In this document: positions 1 through 9,075 of the stretch, one piece after another | How the letters are laid out: each line of letters opens with the position of its first letter | How positions within the stretch are numbered: the first letter of the stretch is position 1 | Origin: Candidatus Omnitrophota bacterium | GTDB lineage: Bacteria; Omnitrophota; Gorgyraeia; Gorgyraeales; Gorgyraeaceae | DNA: 51,172 nt | NCBI GenBank assembly: GCA_018902915.1 | Contig: JAHIPS010000082.1 | Span: 1-51,172 of the forward strand | Direction: 5' to 3' | Notes under the pieces: generated by a model | What the model saw: the letters and a program-made list of their open reading frames with translations, nothing else | Database searches by the model: none | Told to the model about the DNA's origin: nothing | Position numbers and translations under genes: made by a program

Positions 1-22
1 CCTCTCCCCTGAGGGGAGAGGG
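1..22. repeat. CCTCTCCCC-TGA-GGGGAGAGGG palindrome (REP/boxC-like), in-frame within the upstream CDS
   Basis: 9-bp inverted repeat with a 3-nt loop, cut by the window edge. Confidence 0.7.
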
Positions 23-370
23 AATAATATCTTGGAGCTTTTTAGCCACGAACCCGCCATAAGAGAGGTCCAGAATGCAGCTATCGAATACGCAGAGGTA
101 AATCCTGATAAAATAAAAAACTGGAGGAAGCGCGCTAAGATTAAAGCATTCTTGCCCGAGCTCTCGCTCGACTATGACAAAACAATCACCTATGACAGCG
201 GCGTAGACAGATACTATATCGGCCCCTCCGACTGGGGAGCAAGCGTCAAATGGGACCTCGGCGAGATCATATGGAACACTGACCAGACCTCGATAGACGT
301 GCGTTCAAAATTAATGGGACAGTTACGAGATGATATTTTGGGTGAAGGATGCTCAAATTCTCGACATTAA
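2..370 (+). CDS. C-terminal part of a hypothetical protein, open from before the window and probably truncated at its 3' end
   Basis: The frame is open from base 2 (LSPEGRGNNILELFSHEP...). The segment WDLGEIIWNTDQTSIDVRSKLMGQLRDDIL looks like a conserved protein but ends abruptly in GEGCSNSRH*, just before a nested palindromic element. Confidence 0.55.
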   Translation, partial: LSPEGRGNNILELFSHEPAIREVQNAAIEYAEVNPDKIKNWRKRAKIKAFLPELSLDYDKTITYDSGVDRYYIGPSDWGASVKWDLGEIIWNTDQTSIDVRSKLMGQLRDDILGEGCSNSRH

Positions 371-403
371 ATATGTATTTTACCTTTTAGCTTTTAAACA
401 TGT

Positions 404-687
404 GTATCTCTTCAGGACTGGCAGGCCGGAAAAAAGCATCGTAATTTTTTGCGGGTACGGTGTCATTTTGTCCAAGGCGAAGCTTTGGACAAAATGACGA
501 GCAAAAAATTACAATGAGCGAAGGCCGCCTCGCCCCGTTCCAAATTCTAATCGATTATCGATTTACTATTTGTAGCTGATTACGTACAATTCTCATATAT
601 CATTTAACCGATACTTAAGAATTTGGAACGGGGCTCGCTGGGGCGGCCGAGCGTCTTTTTGTAGGCCTGCCATGCCTGAAGAGATAC
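404..687. repeat. Nested composite palindromic element (~284 bp)
   Basis: Paired arms: 404-416/675-687 (GTATCTCTTCAGG), 419-427/664-672, 437-452/501-516, 462-475/485-498 with a GCGAAGC loop, 523-529/642-648 and 532-548/618-634. Confidence 0.9.
532..634. mobile_element. MITE-like element, copy 1 (103 bp, 17-bp TIR GCCCCGTTCCAAATTCT)
   Basis: Perfect 17-bp terminal inverted repeats. A near-identical copy lies at 30631-30732 (7 differences by manual alignment). Confidence 0.85.
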
Positions 688-712
688 GTTGCCTAATGCC
701 TAATGCTTAATC

Positions 713-740
713 TTGACATATAGAATATATAGTTTAAAAT
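713..740 (+). promoter_or_regulatory. sigma70-type promoter, probably giving a (near-)leaderless helicase mRNA
   Basis: TTGACA (713-718), 16 bp spacer, TAAAAT (735-740). ATG at 751 has no Shine-Dalgarno. Confidence 0.55.
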
Positions 741-750
741 ATAGCTATAT

Positions 751-3700
751 ATGCCTAGCCTTGAGAATTTTTATGAAGAGTTAAATACCGAGCAGAAACA
801 AGCTGTGGATGCGCTGGACGGGCCAGTGCTGGTCTTGGCCGGTCCTGGAACAGGAAAAACCCAGCTTCTTTCTGTTCGTGCCGCAAACATAATCCGCCAG
901 GAAAAGGCCCTGCCTGAGAATATCCTCATCCTCACCTACACAAACGCCGCAGCGAAGACAATGAAGGAGCGCCTCGCAAAGATCATTGGCCTGAAAGGCT
1001 ATGACGTCCACATCTCCACCTTTCACAGCTTTGCCAATTCTATAATATTAGATTCAGAGGAGGCGAGTAATTATATCCAGGAACGCATCCAGATCACAGA
1101 AATAGAAAATGTAAAGGCAATAGAATACGTCCTTGATCATACAAAAGGCCTTTCTGAGATAAGGCCGTTCAGGGCGCCTTATTTTTATGTAAGCGAGATA
1201 CAAAAAAGGATAAGCGACTTAAAAAGAGAAGGCATAACCCCGGAAGAGTTTCTAAAACACGTTGAGAGATTAAGACCGGACCGGATCTACATAGAAGAAA
1301 AGCACATCCCCAGGATAAAGGCCCTTTCAATCGTATACGAGCAGTACGAAAAACTTAAGGAAGGCAGGAACAGGGATATATTTGACGAGCGCGGCAGGTA
1401 TGATTATGACGACATGATCATGCTCGCGACAAACGCGTTAAACGGGGAAAAGCTCTTAAAGAAAAAATACGAGGACCAGTTCAGCTACATAATGGTGGAC
1501 GAGTTCCAGGATACAAACGGCGCTCAGCTGAAACTCCTGCTCTCTCTTATGGAAGGCGCGCATTCCAATCTCTGCTGCGTGGGCGATGATGACCAGTCTA
1601 TATACAGGTTTCAGGGCGCGAGCGTCGCTAATTTCAGAGAATTAAAGAAAAAATTCAAAAACCTTAAGACAATTTCGCTTAAAAATAATTACCGCTCGGC
1701 AAAAGAGATAATAGACCTGTCGCAGGATCTCATAAATGAACTTCCTAAAAACGAGAGGACAGGCCAGAAGTCTCTCGTGCCAATCCGGGATTTTAAGAAA
1801 AAATCAATCGAATGCCATGAATTTACCACTGGGGAAGAAGAGATGTGCTTCGTGGTGGACAAGGTAAAAGAGTTTAAGTCTCAGATCTCCTCCTCAAAAG
1901 AATTAAGCCCTGAAGAAAATAAATTCCCGTATAATAACATCGCTATACTGGTGAGAAAAAGGATCCTTATCCCGAGGCTAATTGACGCGTTTCTCAAGGC
2001 AGGTATCCCGTATGCGACGGACGGCAAAGAGGACATAAGGGCCGAGGTGCGCGTGAGACAGATGCTGGATATACTGGAGTTTGCAGATATGGACCCGGAG
2101 AACGTAAAGGATAAGGACAGGCTGCTCTATAATCTTCTTATATCCGATTATTTCCAGATCCCTCACAGGGACACCCTGAATTTTATAAACAGGGTGAATA
2201 AGAAAAAAAGAAATAAGGAAAGCGTGACATTTTTATCAGAGCTTTACAATGATAAGGACCTTACCCCAGCCCTTAAAAAAGCGGGAGACATAATAGAACG
2301 TCTCGCAGATGCCAGGCTAAGGCCGGTCCACGCGGTTTTGATGGATTATATAAAGGAGGCCGGCGTATTTAAATTTATCCTGGAAAAATATGAGAAGGAC
2401 CAGATAGTGAGGATCAGGGAGCTGCGCGCGCTCGCATCTTTTATAAATAAGGTAAAGGAATCTGATCTTTCAGATCCAGGCATAACCTTGAGGGATTTTG
2501 TCGAGGAGATAAAGACGTGCAACGAGCACAATCTTCCTGTAAAGGGAGAGCTGGTTACAATGACGCAGAACGGCGTCAGGATCTTTACGGCGCATGGCTC
2601 AAAGGGCCAGGAGTTTCACAGCGTCCTGATCCCGTTTTGCCTGCAGGACGCGAACTGGCCGATAAAAGCAAGACCTGACATAATCCCTTTGCCGCCGCAC
2701 ATAGTGAGAAGCATGGAAAAGGTGAGTTCCAAAGAAAGGATAAAAGAGCTCCGTCTTTATGACGAGACAAGACTTTTTTACGTGGCTGTAAGCCGGGCAA
2801 AAAGCAATGTTTTATTTACATCCAGCCCTAAGGAAAACGAGATATCGAGTTCATTCATTCATCGATTAGGCATTGAACCGAAGCGGGAGCGGTTCAGCGA
2901 AGAGGATACCCTGATCAAATCCTTAAGCAAGTCCGAAGCCAAGGATCCTTTTATAGGCACTGAGTCGGTGTTGAGGGATATGGTCTCACAGATGAGCCTG
3001 AATCCCACGAGTTTAAATAATTATTTAAGGTGCAGGAAAAAATTTCTCTACGACAATATCCTGATGATTCCTTCTTCAAAAAAGCAGAGCCTCATGTTCG
3101 GGACAGCGGTCCACGACAGCCTGGAACAGGTTTTCAGGCATTACATGAAGGCGAAAGAATTTCCTGATTTTCAGTTTTTCAAGAGCGCATTTGTAGATTC
3201 GTTAAAATTCCAGGGGCCTGAAAAGAACATGGAGCTCCGCTGCATAGAAGAGTTTGAAGGGATGAGAAAATACTTTGATAAAATATCCTCGAATCCCATT
3301 ATGCCCCTGGGACTCGAGAACCGCATGCCAATAAATATAGACGGCATTGTATTTACCGGGAAATACGACAAGATGGAGATGGAGGATGAAAAGGCAGGGG
3401 CCGCAAGGGTCATAGATTATAAAACAGGTGTTTCTAAAAAGCACGCCAGAGGCATATTTGAAGTGAGAAGTTTAGAAGATGATGAATGCGATGATTACCT
3501 GCGCCAGCTTGTCTCTTATAAACTTTTGTACGAGAAGGACAAGACGCGGCAGGATAAGGATTTATTCGTGAGTCATGGCGTGCTCGTGTTCGTGGAGCCG
3601 TCCAAAGAAGAACTGAGAAAATATGGTGTAAAAAAAGGCGAGCCGACCGAGTTTAAGGTCGAGCTCACTGGCGAGATGGTGGACGAACTGGTCGGCCTGA

Positions 3701-3807
3701 TAAAAAATACATGGACAGATATACAGGGGCTTCGTTTTGAAAAGCTGAAAGAACGCGACAGAAATAAATGCGGGTTTTGTGATTTTGACCACATATGTTG
3801 GGGATAG
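751..3807 (+). CDS. UvrD/PcrA-like SF1A DNA helicase fused to a C-terminal PD-(D/E)XK nuclease with an Fe-S staple (AddA/AdnB-like)
   Basis: Q motif LNTEQKQAV, Walker A AGPGTGKT, VDEFQDTN, VGDDDQSIYRFQGA, NYRS, TAHGSKGQEF, RLFYVAVSRAK. Nuclease motifs GKYDKME/VIDYKTG/QLVSY. One Cys in YLRC plus CxxCxxxxxC at the C-terminus. Confidence 0.9.
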   Translation: MPSLENFYEELNTEQKQAVDALDGPVLVLAGPGTGKTQLLSVRAANIIRQEKALPENILILTYTNAAAKTMKERLAKIIGLKGYDVHISTFHSFANSIILDSEEASNYIQERIQITEIENVKAIEYVLDHTKGLSEIRPFRAPYFYVSEIQKRISDLKREGITPEEFLKHVERLRPDRIYIEEKHIPRIKALSIVYEQYEKLKEGRNRDIFDERGRYDYDDMIMLATNALNGEKLLKKKYEDQFSYIMVDEFQDTNGAQLKLLLSLMEGAHSNLCCVGDDDQSIYRFQGASVANFRELKKKFKNLKTISLKNNYRSAKEIIDLSQDLINELPKNERTGQKSLVPIRDFKKKSIECHEFTTGEEEMCFVVDKVKEFKSQISSSKELSPEENKFPYNNIAILVRKRILIPRLIDAFLKAGIPYATDGKEDIRAEVRVRQMLDILEFADMDPENVKDKDRLLYNLLISDYFQIPHRDTLNFINRVNKKKRNKESVTFLSELYNDKDLTPALKKAGDIIERLADARLRPVHAVLMDYIKEAGVFKFILEKYEKDQIVRIRELRALASFINKVKESDLSDPGITLRDFVEEIKTCNEHNLPVKGELVTMTQNGVRIFTAHGSKGQEFHSVLIPFCLQDANWPIKARPDIIPLPPHIVRSMEKVSSKERIKELRLYDETRLFYVAVSRAKSNVLFTSSPKENEISSSFIHRLGIEPKRERFSEEDTLIKSLSKSEAKDPFIGTESVLRDMVSQMSLNPTSLNNYLRCRKKFLYDNILMIPSSKKQSLMFGTAVHDSLEQVFRHYMKAKEFPDFQFFKSAFVDSLKFQGPEKNMELRCIEEFEGMRKYFDKISSNPIMPLGLENRMPINIDGIVFTGKYDKMEMEDEKAGAARVIDYKTGVSKKHARGIFEVRSLEDDECDDYLRQLVSYKLLYEKDKTRQDKDLFVSHGVLVFVEPSKEELRKYGVKKGEPTEFKVELTGEMVDELVGLIKNTWTDIQGLRFEKLKERDRNKCGFCDFDHICWG

Positions 3808-3818
3808 GGGGTTTTATT

Positions 3819-4391
3819 ATGAGAAATATTTTAATCGCTTTAATTATTTTAATGATCCTGCCGGCGTGTAATATCGTCCCGAAATCAGTGCAGTATCAGA
3901 AGGAAGAAGAAGGTACAATAGGCAGCGTGGATGGCATTAATCTTCTGGTTGAAGAGGCACAGGTCATGTTCTCTAATCTCGGTTATGATACTGGAAACAA
4001 GGACGGCAGGATGGGGCAGAAGACGCGCGAGGCAATAAGGGAGTTTCAGGAATCAATAGGGCTTAAGAGCACAGGCTATATAGATAAGCTTACGTGGCGG
4101 GCGATAGAGGATATACGCAGAGACATTGAAAGAAGCGAGATGAAAGAAAAATACATTGTGACCGTCAAAAGCGCTTATAAAGAAGAGATCTCGAGTCCTG
4201 ATTTCAATGTTACTATAAAGGAGATACAGGCTGCCTTGAAGAACGCGGGTTTTGATCCTGGGACTTTAGACGGGAAAATGGGGCCAAGGACGCAGCAGGC
4301 AGCAAAGGAATTCCAGAGGGCAAAGGGCCTCAAGGTTGACGGCAAGGTCGGCCCTAAGACGTGGTCGGAGTTAAAAAAGTATGCTGAGTAG
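3819..4391 (+). CDS. Lipoprotein with two peptidoglycan-binding (PG_binding_1) domains
   Basis: Lipobox-like LPAC. Two repeats: DGRMGQKTREAIREFQ and DGKMGPRTQQAAKEFQ...DGKVGPKTW. Confidence 0.85.
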   Translation: MRNILIALIILMILPACNIVPKSVQYQKEEEGTIGSVDGINLLVEEAQVMFSNLGYDTGNKDGRMGQKTREAIREFQESIGLKSTGYIDKLTWRAIEDIRRDIERSEMKEKYIVTVKSAYKEEISSPDFNVTIKEIQAALKNAGFDPGTLDGKMGPRTQQAAKEFQRAKGLKVDGKVGPKTWSELKKYAE

Positions 4392-4401
4392 ATTTTTCAA
4401 A

Positions 4402-4458
4402 CCCTTATCTGACAATCTTGACTGACAATCTTGACACGTACGTTTTGTCAAATAAGGG
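4402..4458. repeat. Hairpin with an internal 13-bp tandem duplication (TGACAATCTTGAC x2); TTGACAA-type palindrome family
   Basis: CCCTTAT (4402-4408) pairs with ATAAGGG (4452-4458). Direct repeats at 4410-4422 and 4423-4435. Confidence 0.7.
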
Positions 4459-4459
4459 A

Positions 4460-4489
4460 TTGACAAAATGGATCCGAGTGGTATAAAAT
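4460..4489 (+). promoter_or_regulatory. sigma70-type promoter
   Basis: TTGACA 4460-4465, then TATAAA/TAAAAT at 16-18 bp spacing. RBS-like GAGGGAGG lies upstream of ATG 4517. Confidence 0.55.
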
Positions 4490-4516
4490 GTTATTCAAGA
4501 GGGAGGGATTCGCGAA

Positions 4517-4729
4517 ATGGGTAAATACATAACTGTGCTTGGTGGTATAATAAGTATTCTGATAGGAATATGGGGCATAACTACCTGGTGGTGGAGCTTT
4601 GCAGAGCTTTTAAAAGGGGCTGTGCCACCTGTTCTTGTTTTAGGCGGGCTTGCAGCGCTTTTTGCTGGCATAGGCGAGATAAAGGATTCTGGCAAGGCAA
4701 AGAAAGATGAGGGAAAAGAGAAAAGTTAA
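4517..4729 (+). CDS. Small two-TM membrane protein
   Basis: 70 aa, two hydrophobic helices, charged tail, RBS-like sequence upstream. Confidence 0.75.
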   Translation: MGKYITVLGGIISILIGIWGITTWWWSFAELLKGAVPPVLVLGGLAALFAGIGEIKDSGKAKKDEGKEKS

Positions 4730-4745
4730 AAATATAGATATATTA

Positions 4746-4785
4746 ATGAAGGTAGGCCCTATAAAATAAGAGGGTCTATTTTCAT
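4746..4785 (+). terminator. Intergenic stem-loop (possible terminator or processing hairpin)
   Basis: ATGAAGGTAGGCCCT pairs with AGGGTCTATTTTCAT using G-U pairs. The U-tract is weak. Confidence 0.4.
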
Positions 4786-4803
4786 TTAAGGAGGGTAATT
4801 TTT

Positions 4804-5631
4804 ATGAATTATATAAAGACAGGTTTACTCTTAGCTGCGCTTACCATGCTCTTTGTGTGGATAGGCGGATATTTTGGCGGCCAGAGCGGGGCCACGTTCG
4901 CGTTGATATTTGCGCTGATGATGAATTTCGGGGCATACTGGTTTAGCGACAGGATCGTGCTTTCAATGTATAGCGCCAAGGAAGTCGAGCCGCAGGAAGT
5001 ACCTGAACTTTACAATATAGTCCGCGAATTGACATCTCACGCAAAGCTTCCAATGCCAAAGATATATATAGCGCCGCAAAGTTGTCCGAATGCCTTTGCA
5101 ACTGGCCGCAATCCAAAGCATTCAGCAGTGTGCGTGACGCAGGGCATACTGAATCTTTTGAACCGGGAAGAGCTAAAAGGCGTGATAGCGCATGAACTTT
5201 CCCACATTAAAAACAGGGACACATTGATAATGACTGTTGCGGCAACTATTGCAGGCGCGATTACCATGCTCAGGTGGCTTGCTATATTTGGCGGCAGGGG
5301 CGGAAGAAATAGAGATTCTAATGCCCTTATGTATCTAGTCATGTTTATACTAGCGCCCATAGCAGCGATGCTTATACAGCTGGCCATATCACGCTCGAGA
5401 GAGTATGCTGCTGATAAAAGGGCTGCGCATGTTGCAGGCACACCTGCGGGACTGGCTTCAGCACTTTTGAAATTGGAAAAAGGAGTAAAGACATATCCAA
5501 TGAAGGCAAACGAGACCACAGCGCATTTATTTATTGTCAATCCATTGCGCGGACAGGGACTGGCAGCGCTCTTCAGCACGCACCCGCCAATCCAGGAAAG
5601 AGTAAAGCGTCTACAAACCATGAACCCTTAA
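4804..5631 (+). CDS. htpX: Zinc metalloprotease HtpX (M48)
   Basis: [24 protein letters not shown] (HExxH), [17 protein letters not shown]; multiple TMs. Confidence 0.95.
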   Translation: MNYIKTGLLLAALTMLFVWIGGYFGGQSGATFALIFALMMNFGAYWFSDRIVLSMYSAKEVEPQEVPELYNIVRELTSHAKLPMPKIYIAPQSCPNAFATGRNPKHSAVCVTQGILNLLNREELKGVIAHELSHIKNRDTLIMTVAATIAGAITMLRWLAIFGGRGGRNRDSNALMYLVMFILAPIAAMLIQLAISRSREYAADKRAAHVAGTPAGLASALLKLEKGVKTYPMKANETTAHLFIVNPLRGQGLAALFSTHPPIQERVKRLQTMNP

Positions 5632-5652
5632 TTTACAAAGAAGGAGGCAGGC

Positions 5653-6660
5653 ATGGCAGAGTTCAATGCGAAATACGGTCACGACATAAAGGCGATAAAC
5701 GAAAAGGTGAAAGAGGCAAGCCTTTTTGTGCAACAGCTTAATAACGAGCTGTCAAAGGTTATCGTGGGGCAGAAATATATGATGGACAGGCTTTTGGTAG
5801 CGCTTCTTGCAAATGGCCATATTTTAATAGAGGGGGTGCCAGGGCTTGCAAAGACGCTTGCTGTCAAGACATTGTCGAGCTGCATACAGACAAAATTCCA
5901 GAGGATACAGTTTACGCCTGATCTATTGCCGGCAGATCTGATCGGCACGCTTGTCTATAATCCAAAGGACGGCAAGTTTACCACAAAAAAAGGCCCAGTT
6001 TTCGCGAATCTCATACTCGCGGATGAAATAAATAGGGCCCCTGCAAAGGTGCAGTCAGCGCTTTTAGAGGCAATGCAGGAGCGCCAGGTCACAATAGGAG
6101 ATTCTACCTTTAAATTGGACGAGCCGTTTCTGGTGCTTGCCACACAGAATCCAATAGAGCAGGAAGGAACGTACCCTCTTCCAGAGGCGCAGGTTGACCG
6201 ATTCATGCTAAAGATAAAAATCAGCTATCCTGACAAAAAAGAAGAAAAAGAAATCATGGAACGCATGGCAGGCCATGAACCGCAAGAGGTGAAACCCGTA
6301 GTTTCTTCTGATGACATTGCTAAGGCAAGGGAGATAGTGAGCGAGATCTATATAGATGAAAAGGTAAAAGACTATATAGTGGATCTGGTTTGCGCGACAC
6401 GCAATCCCGAGGAATATAATCTCGATATAAAAAATCTTGTAGCTTATGGCGCGTCTCCAAGGGCATCTATATATCTGAATATAGCAAGCAAGGCGCACGC
6501 CTTTATCCGAGGCAGAGGATTTGTCACGCCAGAAGACGTGAAGACAGTAGGCATGGATATTTTGCGGCATCGCATCATAATTACGTATGAAGCAGAGGCA
6601 GAAGAGATGACCAGCGAGGATATTGTAAAACGAGTATTTGATCAAATCGAGGTCCCGTGA
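5653..6660 (+). CDS. moxR: MoxR family AAA+ ATPase
   Basis: EGVPGLAKT, RIQFTPDLLPAD, ADEINRAPAKVQSALLEAMQE, ATQNPIEQEGTYPLPEAQVDRF. Confidence 0.95.
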   Translation: MAEFNAKYGHDIKAINEKVKEASLFVQQLNNELSKVIVGQKYMMDRLLVALLANGHILIEGVPGLAKTLAVKTLSSCIQTKFQRIQFTPDLLPADLIGTLVYNPKDGKFTTKKGPVFANLILADEINRAPAKVQSALLEAMQERQVTIGDSTFKLDEPFLVLATQNPIEQEGTYPLPEAQVDRFMLKIKISYPDKKEEKEIMERMAGHEPQEVKPVVSSDDIAKAREIVSEIYIDEKVKDYIVDLVCATRNPEEYNLDIKNLVAYGASPRASIYLNIASKAHAFIRGRGFVTPEDVKTVGMDILRHRIIITYEAEAEEMTSEDIVKRVFDQIEVP

Positions 6661-7535
6661 TCCCCAAGGAAATCCTGAAAAAGGTCCGCCAGATCGAGAT
6701 CCGGACCGGCAAGCTCGTCAATGACGTGTTTGCGGGAAGCTACGAGTCTGTATTCAAAGGCCGCGGCATGGAGTTTCACGAGGTGCGCGAGTATGTGCCG
6801 GGGGACGACATCCGTTCCATTGACTGGAATGTCACGGCTCGCACAGGAAACCCGTACGTAAAAAAGTTTGTCGAAGAAAGGGAATTGACGGTTTTGCTGA
6901 TGGCTGACATGAGCGGTTCAGGTTATTTTGGCACAAAAGAAAAGATGAAAAAGGAAATAATGGCAGAGATAGGCGCGCTCCTTGCGTTTAGCGCGATAAA
7001 AAACAATGATAAAGTGGGCCTGATTCTTTTTACAGATCAGGTGGAAAAATTTATCGCGCCAAAAAAAGGGAGACCCCACGTCCTCAGGGTCATAAGGGAG
7101 CTTTTATATTATAAACCGCAGGGCAAAAAGACCAGCATTAATGCCGCGCTCGAATATTTAGGCAAGGTCTTGAAGAAACGCGCAGTCGTATTTCTTATCT
7201 CGGATTTTATGGATTCTAATTACGAAAGACTTTTGCGGATCCTGAACAAGCGCCACGATATTATAGGCATATCTATTTCCGACCCGAGGGAAACGCACCT
7301 GCCTGACGTGGGACTCATAGAGTTTGAAGACGCTGAGACCGGGGAGATGATCTGCGTGGATACCAGCGATGTTCTTTTAAAAAACGAGATCATAAAAAGA
7401 AAAAGGTCTTTTATGGAAAACCGCAACAGGATTTTTAAATCAATGGCCCTGGATTCAATAGATCTGTCAACCAGGGAATCTTATATAAAGCCCCTTATGC
7501 TTTTCTTCAGGGCGCGCGCCAAAAGATTTAGGTAA
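6657..7535 (+). CDS. DUF58 family protein (VWA-like MoxR partner)
   Basis: GRGMEFHEVREYVPGDDIRSIDWNVTAR, KKFVEERELTV; GTG start overlaps the moxR stop. Confidence 0.92.
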   Translation: MIPKEILKKVRQIEIRTGKLVNDVFAGSYESVFKGRGMEFHEVREYVPGDDIRSIDWNVTARTGNPYVKKFVEERELTVLLMADMSGSGYFGTKEKMKKEIMAEIGALLAFSAIKNNDKVGLILFTDQVEKFIAPKKGRPHVLRVIRELLYYKPQGKKTSINAALEYLGKVLKKRAVVFLISDFMDSNYERLLRILNKRHDIIGISISDPRETHLPDVGLIEFEDAETGEMICVDTSDVLLKNEIIKRKRSFMENRNRIFKSMALDSIDLSTRESYIKPLMLFFRARAKRFR

Positions 7536-7545
7536 AAATATAATC

Positions 7546-8031
7546 ATGGACGATATAAGGCCGTTAAAGGATTTAGTAGAGATCAGGGGAGGGCTTTCAT
7601 TTTTGGCCCTGATCTTGTTGATTTTGCTATTGGCCGCCGCCATAGCTTTGGTCATCTATTTCAGAAAAAGAAAAAAGGCCGTCGAAGAGCCTGTCTTGCC
7701 GCCTCGGCCGCCAGAGGAGATCGCAATGGAGGCCCTGAGGGCGCTTATAGAGATGCGATTGGTCGAGAAAGGCATGATAAAGGAATATTACGTGCGTCTT
7801 TCAGATATTATCCGCACTTATATACAAGGGAGATTCAGGATCTTTGCGCTGGATATGACCACGTGGGAGCTCTATCAGGAGATGCGTCTTAAAAAGCTCG
7901 ACAGGCCGCGCGTCGCTCAGATGCGGGATTTTCTGGAAGATTGCGACCTTGTAAAATTTGCAAAGTATATTCCTGTAAAAAAGGAAATCGAGGAAGCATA
8001 TACCATGGCAGAAGAGATCGTACAGGCCTAA
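7546..8031 (+). CDS. Membrane-anchored Bat-operon protein (DUF4381-like)
   Basis: DIRPLK start, one TM, DLVKFAKY motif; conserved position between DUF58 and batA. Confidence 0.75.
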   Translation: MDDIRPLKDLVEIRGGLSFLALILLILLLAAAIALVIYFRKRKKAVEEPVLPPRPPEEIAMEALRALIEMRLVEKGMIKEYYVRLSDIIRTYIQGRFRIFALDMTTWELYQEMRLKKLDRPRVAQMRDFLEDCDLVKFAKYIPVKKEIEEAYTMAEEIVQA

Positions 8032-8066
8032 GTTGACAATTTTGACATTGTCAAAATTGTCAACTT
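8030..8066. repeat. Perfect 37-bp palindrome AAGTTGACAATTTTGACA-T-TGTCAAAATTGTCAACTT
   Basis: 18-bp arms around a 1-nt centre; fills most of the intergenic gap before batA. Confidence 0.9.
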
Positions 8067-8077
8067 GAGGGGTGGGT

Positions 8078-9067
8078 ATGAGGTTTGCGAGTCCGTTGTT
8101 TTTGATATTGCTGGGGATTATCCCGCTAGTTATCTGGGATTTCCTCAGGCGCGCTAAGACCAGCGAGGCGAGTATTTTATTTTCAGATGTATCTATTGTA
8201 AAGGGTATCCGGCTTGGATTCAAGGTCAGGTATAGACACGTACCGATGATCCTGAAAATGGTCGCCATATTTATTTTTATTCTGGCTATGGCAAGGCCCC
8301 AGGCAGGACAGAAAGAAGAAGAGATTATAACCGAGGGCATTGACATCATGCTTACCCTTGATACCTCGAGCAGCATGAAGGCAGAGGATTTCAAGCCCCA
8401 AAATAGATTAGGCGCGGCAAAAGAGGTAATAGAGGAGTTTATAAAATCGCGGCACAATGACAGGATCGGCCTCGTGGTATTTTCGCGCCAAAGCTTTACG
8501 CAGTGCCCTCTCACGCTTGATTATGATGTGCTGTTGGATCTCCTGGAAAAGATAGAGATAGGCATGATAGAAGACGGCACAGCCATAGGGACAGCTATTG
8601 CAAATTCTGTAAACAGGCTGAGGGATTCTAAGGCTAAAAGCAAGATCGTAATACTTTTAACAGACGGGATAAATAACGCAGGGAAGATAGACCCGCAGAC
8701 AGCGGCAAAGACTGCAACAGCGCTCGGTATAAAGATATACACGATAGGCGCTGGCAAGCCCGGGGCTGCGCTTTATCCAGTAGAGGATCCTATATTCGGG
8801 AAAAGATACGTAAAGATGGATACAGAGATAGACGAGGGCCTGTTAGAAGAGATCGCAGAAGAGACAGGAGGCCTGTATTTCAGGGCTAAAGACGAACAAG
8901 GCCTAAAAGAAATCTATGAAACCATTGGGAAATTGGAAAAGACAGAAATCGAGACCAAGGAATACGCGAATTACACTGAGCTGGCCGATGGTTTTATTTT
9001 ACCAGGCCTCATATTATTTTTAATGGGCATAACATTGGGCAACACCTTGTTTAGAAAGATCCCGTGA
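8078..9067 (+). CDS. batA: BatA VWA-domain protein
   Basis: N-terminal BatA TM region, MARPQ, MIDAS DTSSSM, DGTAIGTA, LLTDG. Confidence 0.9.
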   Translation: MRFASPLFLILLGIIPLVIWDFLRRAKTSEASILFSDVSIVKGIRLGFKVRYRHVPMILKMVAIFIFILAMARPQAGQKEEEIITEGIDIMLTLDTSSSMKAEDFKPQNRLGAAKEVIEEFIKSRHNDRIGLVVFSRQSFTQCPLTLDYDVLLDLLEKIEIGMIEDGTAIGTAIANSVNRLRDSKAKSKIVILLTDGINNAGKIDPQTAAKTATALGIKIYTIGAGKPGAALYPVEDPIFGKRYVKMDTEIDEGLLEEIAEETGGLYFRAKDEQGLKEIYETIGKLEKTEIETKEYANYTELADGFILPGLILFLMGITLGNTLFRKIP

Positions 9068-9075
9068 GGTAGCAC

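Noticed and set aside
2995-3807. Cas4 / CRISPR adaptation gene
   Set aside because: The Fe-S PD-(D/E)XK domain is fused to a UvrD helicase and no cas1, cas2 or array is present.
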